Origin: Pseudomonadota bacterium
Lineage (GTDB): Bacteria > Pseudomonadota > Gammaproteobacteria > Steroidobacterales > JBCBZW01
Assembly: GCA_039815145.1 (NCBI GenBank)
Contig: JBCBZW010000030.1
Coordinates: 1 to 49,220 of the forward strand
Direction of reading: 5' to 3'
Length of the DNA stretch: 49,220 bases
Shown: one piece after another, positions 8,637-15,298 of the stretch
Numbering within the stretch: position 1 is the stretch's first letter
Layout: every line of letters starts with the position of its first letter
Notes under the pieces: generated by a model
The model's database searches: none
What the model was told of the DNA's origin: nothing
What the model saw: the letters and a program-made list of their open reading frames with translations, nothing else
Program-made: the position numbers and the translations under genes

Positions 8637-9341
8637 ATGTTGGCTAGCCGCTGTCATGGACGATTGCTCGCCGCGACCCTCGCGGCCTCGCTGCTGCTGG
8701 TGAGTTGCACGCCGGGAGACCGTACGCCGCGCATCGTCGATGGCTACCTCACCCCCACGCAGGCTGACCGCATCATCGAGCAGTGGCCGGACTCGGTCCG
8801 CGATCAGCTCGTGCGCTACGTGTACTCGGTGGAGCTGAATCGCTACCTGCGGGCCTGTGGCGAAGATCCCATGCGGCGCCTGCCCGCCGCTCGCCTGTCC
8901 GGCGATGGGTTTCGCTTGCCGGCCCACCACGGCGATGACCTCAGCTGTGCCCTGGTCGAGGCGAATGTCTACCTGCTCGCCGAGCGTGGCCCTCGCGCCG
9001 CAGGGTTCACCACGTTGGTGGCGGTGGTGGCGAGCGAGCACGTGGTGGAGATCGAGGTCGAGCTGTCCGCGGATGGGGTCGTCCGCCAGGTCTACGGCCT
9101 CCACGCCCCGGCGCTGGGCCATCGCCTGGTGCTGCGACCACGCCCGGCCGAGGCGCCTATCGACGACGCCCTGGTCATCGAACGACGGGTGACCGAGCAG
9201 GAGAGTCTGAACGCCATGCGAGCCCTGCTGGGTCGCGGTGCCTTCGATCTCTCCGCGGTGGGCGTCGGCGGCGTGGGTGGCAGTCCGCCTGGCGCCCAGG
9301 CTGTCGCGCTCGGCGATGGCCAGGAGACGGATCGGCCCTGA
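8637..9341 (+). CDS. hypothetical lipoprotein
   Basis: ORF 8451..9341. The ATG at 8637 gives a lipoprotein signal with lipobox LLLVSC (MLASRCHGRLLAATLAASLLLVSC). Confidence 0.6.
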   Translation: MLASRCHGRLLAATLAASLLLVSCTPGDRTPRIVDGYLTPTQADRIIEQWPDSVRDQLVRYVYSVELNRYLRACGEDPMRRLPAARLSGDGFRLPAHHGDDLSCALVEANVYLLAERGPRAAGFTTLVAVVASEHVVEIEVELSADGVVRQVYGLHAPALGHRLVLRPRPAEAPIDDALVIERRVTEQESLNAMRALLGRGAFDLSAVGVGGVGGSPPGAQAVALGDGQETDRP

Positions 9342-9461
9342 CAACTGTTCACCGATCGCACCCACGGCGCCTCCCCGTGCCTGCGCTACACTCCCGTCCC
9401 AGTCGCGCGCGTGCACGCGACACGCCATCGATCGGACAAGAACACGCAAGGACCCCACCGC

Positions 9462-10106
9462 ATGCAGCTCCCTCGTCTCGTCGCCAGCGCTTGCCTGGCT
9501 CTCCTCCTCGGCGCCTGTTCCACCGTCTACTACGACACGCTGGAACAGTTCGGTGTGCACAAGCGCGAGATCCTCGTCGATCGGGTGGAAGACGCCCGCG
9601 CCTCGCAGGTGGATGCCGCGGAGCAGTTCACCACGGCCCTCGAGAAATTCCGCAGCGTGGTGGACTTCGACGGTGGCGATCTCGAACGCCTCTACAACGA
9701 CCTCAACCGTGAGCTCGAGCGCTCGCAGGCCAAGGCGAGCAAGGTGACCGAGCGGATCGATGCGATCGAGGATGTGGCCGGCGCCCTGTTCCGCGAGTGG
9801 GAGGGCGAGCTCGATCAGTACAGCAGCGAGAGCCTGCGCGCGCAGAGCCGTCGCCAGCTCGAAGACACGCGGGGGCGCTACGATGAGATGCTCGGCGCCA
9901 TGCGGCGGGCCGAGGCGCGGATCGCGCCGGCGCTGGCGCCCTTCGCCGATCAGGTGCTCTTCCTCAAGCACAACCTGAACGCCCAGGCGATCGCCTCCCT
10001 GCGCGGGGAAGTGGCGGTGATCGAGGCTGACGTGGAGTCCTTGATCAGCGAACTGGAGGCAGCCATCGCCGCTGCCGATCAGTTCATCTCCACGGACGCG
10101 GTGTAG
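9462..10106 (+). CDS. DUF2959-family lipoprotein
   Basis: ORF 9411..10106. The ATG at 9462 gives the lipoprotein signal MQLPRLVASACLALLLGAC. YDTLEQFGVHKREILVDRVEDARASQ resembles the conserved start of DUF2959 proteins (by recall). The rest is coiled-coil-like. Confidence 0.6.
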   Translation: MQLPRLVASACLALLLGACSTVYYDTLEQFGVHKREILVDRVEDARASQVDAAEQFTTALEKFRSVVDFDGGDLERLYNDLNRELERSQAKASKVTERIDAIEDVAGALFREWEGELDQYSSESLRAQSRRQLEDTRGRYDEMLGAMRRAEARIAPALAPFADQVLFLKHNLNAQAIASLRGEVAVIEADVESLISELEAAIAAADQFISTDAV

Positions 10107-10111
10107 GCGGG

Positions 10112-10178
10112 GCGCGGAACACGTGCGCCCGCCATCCCCGCTGGGCATGCGGGGATGGCGGCCGCACGTGTGCCGCGC
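10112..10178. terminator. nested palindrome, probably a bidirectional terminator between convergent genes
   Basis: Outer arms are gcgcggaacacgtgcgc and gcacgtgtgccgcgc. They enclose a perfect 10-bp-stem hairpin ccatccccgc-tgggcat-gcggggatgg. The element sits between the stop at 10106 (+) and the stop at 10183 (-). Confidence 0.55.
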
Positions 10179-10182
10179 TTCG

Positions 10183-11079
10183 CTAGGGGACTGGTTTGCC
10201 CTGGCGGGCCTCCAGTAGGCGGTACCAGTCCGCTCTCGTGTACTGGAGGTGGGTGGTTGCTGTAGCGGCTGCGATCCGTTGGGGGGTGGTGGAGCCTACG
10301 ATGGGGGCGATTTTGGCTGGGTGTTTTAGTAGGAAGGCTAGGGCGATTTGCCAGGGGGCTGCCTCGTAGCGGGTGGCTTGCTCGGTGAGTTCCTGGTCTA
10401 GCCGTTGTTTGTCTTCGGTGGTGAATGTGGGCGTTAGGTCCGTGTTGATCACGCCGGCGAGGGGCGACCAGGCCTGGGGGGTCATGTGTCGTTGCAGGCA
10501 TTGGTCGAGGGTGCCATCCGACAGGGTGTCGAGGTGCCTTAGGTTGATCTCCACCTGGTTGGCGACGAGCGGGGCGTCGAGGGCACTCGCGAGCAGATCT
10601 ACCTGAGAGGGTGAGAAGTTGCTGACGCCGAAGGTGCGCACCTTGCCTGCCTCGCGCAGGGTCCTGAAGGCCTCGGCCACCTCTTCGGGGTCGAACAGGT
10701 AATCGGGACGGTGCAGGAGCAGGACATCCAGGTGCTCGACGCCCAGGCGGTCTAAGCTCCCATCGACGCTCGTGAGCAGGTGCTCGCGGGAGAAGTCGTA
10801 GCGTTTCGGGCCGTGAGCGTCCGCCATGCGGATGCCGCACTTGCCGATCAGGGTGAGTTCGTCGCGCAGGCCCGGCGACGCTGCCAACACCTCACCGAAC
10901 AGGCGCTCGCACTCGCCGGCGCCGTAGATGTCCGCATGGTCGAAGGTGCGGTAGCCCGCGTCCACGGCCGCGTGCACGGCGCGCTTACCTCGCTCGCGAT
11001 CGGCGGCGCTGCCATCGCCAACCAGGCGCATGCAGCCGTAAATGAGGCGTGCAGGGGTGTCGGGCGCGGGGCCTGCCAT
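10183..11079 (-). CDS. aldo/keto reductase family oxidoreductase (YdhF-like)
   Basis: 298 aa. The ATG at 11079 is preceded by AGGAGG. AKR-typical motifs are present (DHADIYG, HRPD, FGVSNF). Confidence 0.85.
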   Translation of the reverse strand: MAGPAPDTPARLIYGCMRLVGDGSAADRERGKRAVHAAVDAGYRTFDHADIYGAGECERLFGEVLAASPGLRDELTLIGKCGIRMADAHGPKRYDFSREHLLTSVDGSLDRLGVEHLDVLLLHRPDYLFDPEEVAEAFRTLREAGKVRTFGVSNFSPSQVDLLASALDAPLVANQVEINLRHLDTLSDGTLDQCLQRHMTPQAWSPLAGVINTDLTPTFTTEDKQRLDQELTEQATRYEAAPWQIALAFLLKHPAKIAPIVGSTTPQRIAAATATTHLQYTRADWYRLLEARQGKPVP

Positions 11080-11197
11080 GGGGAGTCCTCCTATGCGAGC
11101 GGGGGAGGGGGAACGCTACCAGAAGCCGCGCGTCGTAGGGGCGTCCCGGCGGCGTTCGGCGTATCCTTCCCGCATTCTTTCGATGGAGCCACCCCTG

Positions 11198-12238
11198 ATG
11201 TCTGAGCCCACCCGCAGCTTCGCCCTCACCCTCAAGGAAGAGGGCTTCACCACGACCACCCCCAGTGGCCCCTACGTGGAGTCGCTCGATCCCTACCTGG
11301 AGGCGACGGAGGTCGAGGTGCCGGCCCCGGGCGAAGGGCAGGTGCTGATTCGGCTCATCATGTCGCCGGTGAATCCTTCGGACGTGCACTTCATCAAGGG
11401 CGAGTACGGCCTGCCGCGCGTGCGCGGTGACGTGGCGGGCTTCGAGGGCTGTGGTGAGGTGGTCGCCGCCGGGGCTGGTGGTGAGGAGTTGGTCGGTCAG
11501 CGCGTAGCCTTCACCCGGGCCAAGACGGGCACGGGGGCGTGGTCGGAGTTCGTCCTCGGCGAGGCGCGCAGCTGCATCGCCCTGCCGGAGGCGATCAAGG
11601 ACGAGGACGCCGCCGCCTTCTTCGTCAATCCGCTCACCGCCGTCGGCATGATCAATGAAGTCGTTAACACCAAGTCCTCGGCCGTGATCATTACCGCCGG
11701 CGCCAGCCAGCTGAGCAAGCTGATGGTCGGCCTCGCCCGCGATCGCGATCTCACGAGCATCGTGCTCGTGCGCCGGGCCAGCCAGATCCAGGCGCTGAAG
11801 GACCTGGGGGCGACCCACGTCCTCGATCAGACCTCGGCGTCCTTCGCCGACGACCTCAAGGCCCTCATCGCCGAGTCCAAGCCCCGAGTGCTGCTCGACG
11901 CCGTGGCCGACGAGGTGTCGTCCAAGGTGTTCTTCGCCATGCCGTCGCGGTCGCGTTGGCTCATCTACGGCCTGCTCGACACCAAGCCCACCGTGCTCGA
12001 CCAGCTGGGGCAGCTGATCTTCATGGGCAAGTCGATCGAGGGCTTCTGGCTATCCTCCTGGCTCCCGGCTCTCGAGGACAATGCGCGGCGCCAGGTGTTC
12101 GGTGAGGTGGTGGACCGCTTCGTGCGTGGGGTGTGGCACACGGATGTGCGTGAGCAGATTCCCCTGCGCGAGGCCCACGCGCGCCTGCCCAAAGCCATGG
12201 AAGGGGCGAACGTCGGCAAGGTGATGATCGTCCCCTAA
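11198..12238 (+). CDS. zinc-binding alcohol dehydrogenase / quinone oxidoreductase (MDR superfamily)
   Basis: ORF 11042..12238. ATG at 11198 (GGAG upstream); alternative ATG at 11183. MDR fold features are present (GEVVAAGAG, Rossmann region IITAGASQLSKLMVGLA). Confidence 0.8.
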   Translation: MSEPTRSFALTLKEEGFTTTTPSGPYVESLDPYLEATEVEVPAPGEGQVLIRLIMSPVNPSDVHFIKGEYGLPRVRGDVAGFEGCGEVVAAGAGGEELVGQRVAFTRAKTGTGAWSEFVLGEARSCIALPEAIKDEDAAAFFVNPLTAVGMINEVVNTKSSAVIITAGASQLSKLMVGLARDRDLTSIVLVRRASQIQALKDLGATHVLDQTSASFADDLKALIAESKPRVLLDAVADEVSSKVFFAMPSRSRWLIYGLLDTKPTVLDQLGQLIFMGKSIEGFWLSSWLPALEDNARRQVFGEVVDRFVRGVWHTDVREQIPLREAHARLPKAMEGANVGKVMIVP

Positions 12239-12277
12239 GGGAGCGATCTTTCCGATTAACGACGGAATAAGGCCCGC

Positions 12278-13201
12278 ATGATGCATCGATCGATTCGCCT
12301 TCTCGCGTTCCCCGCAGTGCTTTCGCTGTTCCTATCGGCAGCGGCGTTCGCCCAGGGCGGCCCGCCGCCTGGGGGCGGCAAGCCGCCACCGCCACCGCCG
12401 GGCCTGGAGTCTGGCAAGCTCGACAGCAAGGTCCTCGGGATGGCGCTCGATTACCACGTGTTGCTGCCCAAGGGTTACGCCGAGGGGGATCAGCGTTACC
12501 CCGTCGTGTACTGGCTGCACGGCACCAACGGGTCGTCGAAGGGGGCGAGCGCTATCGTCTCGCGCATGTTCTTGCCCGCCATGGCCAGCGGCAAGGCGCC
12601 GCCGATGATCCTCGTGTTCCCCGATGGCCTCAAGCAGGCCATGTGGGTGGATTCGAAGGACGGGCGCGTGCCGATGGAGCAGATGTTGGTGCGTGAGCTC
12701 GTGCCGCACATCGACGCGACCTACCGCACGCTTGCCTCGTCGAGCGGGCGCCTGGTCGAGGGCGGCAGCATGGGCGGCTACGGCGCCGCGCGCCTCGGCT
12801 TGAAGTACCCGCAGCTGTTTGGCGCGGCCTCCATGTTGAGCGCGGGGCCGATGCAGGAGGTGTTGGATCCGGAGCAGGCACCCATCGTCGGCCGGGCGCA
12901 TGCTCAGGACGTGCTCGACCGCGTGTACGGCGGGGATCAGGAGTACTTCCGCTCACAAAGCCCTTGGGCGCTCGCGGGGCAGTACGCGGAGTCGTTGCCG
13001 GAGAGCTTCAGCCTGCGGCTGATCGTGGGCGACAGCGATCCGGTGCTAGGGCCGAACAAGCGCTTCTCCGCCCGTCTTACCGAGCTGGGGATAGCGCATA
13101 GCTACATGGAGCTTGAAGGCGTGGGGCATTCGCCCCGGGAGTTGTTCGGTGCCTTGCGGGTGAGTCCGGAGTACTGGGCGTTCTTCGCAGACGTTTTCTA
13201 G
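12278..13201 (+). CDS. secreted esterase-family alpha/beta hydrolase (enterochelin-esterase-like)
   Basis: 307 aa. Signal peptide, then a Pro-rich linker (GGKPPPPPPG). YPVVYWLHG and GGSMGGYGA motifs are typical of PF00756 esterases. Confidence 0.8.
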   Translation: MMHRSIRLLAFPAVLSLFLSAAAFAQGGPPPGGGKPPPPPPGLESGKLDSKVLGMALDYHVLLPKGYAEGDQRYPVVYWLHGTNGSSKGASAIVSRMFLPAMASGKAPPMILVFPDGLKQAMWVDSKDGRVPMEQMLVRELVPHIDATYRTLASSSGRLVEGGSMGGYGAARLGLKYPQLFGAASMLSAGPMQEVLDPEQAPIVGRAHAQDVLDRVYGGDQEYFRSQSPWALAGQYAESLPESFSLRLIVGDSDPVLGPNKRFSARLTELGIAHSYMELEGVGHSPRELFGALRVSPEYWAFFADVF

Positions 13202-13244
13202 GGTCGACTCAAACGGGTCACACTGAGAGTACATTACCACCGAT

Positions 13245-13544
13245 CTACCTACCGATCTCAGAAGGGGCGAAGTCTCTGCGCTTGTGAACGATAGCGAGGA
13301 CACAGACGCTATCGTCGGGCGGCGTGACCGCGTAGATGATTCGGTAAGAGTAGGCGGAGATCTCTCTCACGCTGACATCGCCTAGCTCTGGTATGGCACG
13401 GCCGAGGTGCGGGAGGTCGCTGAGTAGCTCGGCCTTATCGACGAGTTCGCTGACGACTTTCTTGGCGTAGTACTCTGAGTCTCGCGCGATGAAGAGGTAG
13501 ATGGCTTTGAGATCCGTCTTGGCCTGATCGGCCCATCTCACCAC
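13245..13544 (-). CDS. type II toxin-antitoxin system RelE/ParE-family toxin
   Basis: 99 aa. WADQAKTDLKAIYLFIARDSEYYAKKVV is a typical ParE/RelE (PF05016) N-terminus. The GTG start overlaps the upstream small ORF's stop (GTGGTGA). Confidence 0.85.
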   Translation of the reverse strand: MVRWADQAKTDLKAIYLFIARDSEYYAKKVVSELVDKAELLSDLPHLGRAIPELGDVSVREISAYSYRIIYAVTPPDDSVCVLAIVHKRRDFAPSEIGR

Positions 13545-13717
13545 CTGTCGATCTCTCGCCTCAGGTCTTCGGTGGACGTCAGCTTGTCGTTGGCAGCATC
13601 CTGGCGGCCCTTGTTGACCTTATCGAGCACGTAGAGGCGGTACATGATCTCGTCAAGATCAGCATCGTCCGGTAGCGTAGCGATAGCGTCGAGCGCTTGT
13701 TGCTTGGTCGCTTGCAT
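13538..13717 (-). CDS. putative antitoxin (59 aa), absent from the ORF track
   Basis: ATG at 13717 with GGAGGG 6 nt upstream. Translation by hand: MQATKQQALDAIATLPDDADLDEIMYRLYVLDKVNKGRQDAANDKLTSTEDLRREIDRW. The stop TGA at 13538-13540 overlaps the toxin start by 7 nt. Confidence 0.75.
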   Translation of the reverse strand: MQATKQQALDAIATLPDDADLDEIMYRLYVLDKVNKGRQDAANDKLTSTEDLRREIDRW

Positions 13718-13897
13718 CGGATTCCCTCCGGGGTCGGGAGCACAGCACGAGCAGGGATTGGCTCAGTCTACCGCAGCGAAGAAGCGGATCTACAGCCGTT
13801 TCGCGATCGGGCACCGAGATATGGGTGCGCTTGTGCTTGGACGTACGGTGCAACAGGAGGAGCGTCGCTCGCGGTGGCCTCCCACGTATTAGGTTGG

Positions 13898-15118
13898 CTA
13901 GTGCTCCAGCCCGGGTTCTCGCGTGCCTAGGGCCGCGTCGCGGCCGAACACCACGCGCCGCACGCCGCGCCACTCGGGAAGTTCGAACAAGACGTCGCGA
14001 AAGCACCGATCGACGATCGAACGCAGTCCCCGCGCCCCGGTGGCGAGCGCCTCGGCCTGTTCGGCCAGGGCGAGCAACGCGCCCTCGTCCACCACCAGTT
14101 CCACGCCGTAGGCCTGGAAGTACCGCTGGTACTCACACACGGGCGACCCGTTCGGGTTGCGCAGAATGGCGAGTAGGTCGTCGATCAGCAGATGATCGAA
14201 GGGCACGTAAGCCGCGAAGCGTCCGGCGAACTCCGGCAACAGGCCGAATTCGATGAGATCCTCGATGAGCACCTGCTGGCGGAGCTTATTCTCCTGCCGC
14301 TTGAGGTGTTCGTCCTCGGGCTCATCGCTCTCGCCCTTGGTCTTCTCGTACAAGCGCTGCTCGACGATGTCCTCGATGCCGACGAAGGCCCCGGAGGCCA
14401 CGAACATGATGTTGCTCGTGTCGATTTCGATGAAGTCCTGCGTGAGGTGGCGCGGACCGCCGCCGGCGGGCAGGCGCACGACGGTGCCTTCCATCATGGT
14501 GAGCAGGTCCTGCTGCACGCCTGCGCCGGAGACGTCGCGGAACTGCGTCTCGCTGGGGCCGGAGCCCGTGGTGGCGATCTTGTCGATCTCGTCGATGAAG
14601 ACGATGCCGCTCTCGGCGCGCTCGATGTTGTTGTCGCAACGTTCGAGGAGGTAGCGCAGCATCGATTCCACCTCATCGCCCACGTAGCCGGTTTGCGTGT
14701 AGGCGGTGGCTGACACGGTGACCATGGGGATGTTCAGGCTCTTCGCGAGCGACTGCATCATGTAGGTCTTGCCGGAACCGGTGGGCCCTAGGAACAGCAG
14801 GTTTTGCTTGCGCAGCAAGCGTGACGAGCCGGCGCCCCGCTTGCCGTATTGGTGGTGGAAGACGGAGACGGCCAGCTGGCGCTTGGCAGCTTCCTGGCCG
14901 ATCAGCCGGCTCGAGAGATGCTCGAGCAGAGCGCGCGGAGACTCGATGGTAGGCGCGGCCTCGGGCGCATCGCCGTTCAGGATGTCTGCACAGTGGCGGA
15001 TGCACCCATCGCAGATGTATCCCCCTTCACCGGAGATCAGGGTCGCGACATCGTAGCGCGGCTTGCTGCAGAAGGAGCAGGCGGCGATGGGGGATGGCTG
15101 CGGCGGGGGGGAACTCAT
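13898..15118 (-). CDS. ClpX-like AAA+ ATPase (unfoldase) lacking the IGF ClpP-docking loop
   Basis: C4 zinc-finger N-terminus (CSFCSK ... CDGC). Walker A (GPTGSGKT), GYVG pore loop, Walker B (IVFIDEIDK) and sensor-2 (GARGLR) are present. Aligned by hand against E. coli ClpX, the segment corresponding to GSGIGFGA is replaced by KTKGESDEPEDEH. Start ATG 15118 or GTG 15124. Confidence 0.85.
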   Translation of the reverse strand: MSSPPPQPSPIAACSFCSKPRYDVATLISGEGGYICDGCIRHCADILNGDAPEAAPTIESPRALLEHLSSRLIGQEAAKRQLAVSVFHHQYGKRGAGSSRLLRKQNLLFLGPTGSGKTYMMQSLAKSLNIPMVTVSATAYTQTGYVGDEVESMLRYLLERCDNNIERAESGIVFIDEIDKIATTGSGPSETQFRDVSGAGVQQDLLTMMEGTVVRLPAGGGPRHLTQDFIEIDTSNIMFVASGAFVGIEDIVEQRLYEKTKGESDEPEDEHLKRQENKLRQQVLIEDLIEFGLLPEFAGRFAAYVPFDHLLIDDLLAILRNPNGSPVCEYQRYFQAYGVELVVDEGALLALAEQAEALATGARGLRSIVDRCFRDVLFELPEWRGVRRVVFGRDAALGTREPGLEH

Positions 15119-15298
15119 GGGCACGGCCTCGTTGCGCGGACTGACGGTGGCCGTGGGGTCACGAGCCGTATTCCGAGCGTATTCGTCGCCGGTGCCGCTT
15201 CAGGTTCGTGACGGTGCCATAGCGCTGTGCTTTTGTCGCGGAACGCATTCAGCTTTTGGGGACGCTCCGCTTTCGGCAGCGGAGCGCCCCCTCGAGGC

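Noticed and set aside
8535-10148. 537-aa minus-strand ORF
   Set aside because: Antisense to two well-supported lipoprotein genes. The translation is low-complexity.
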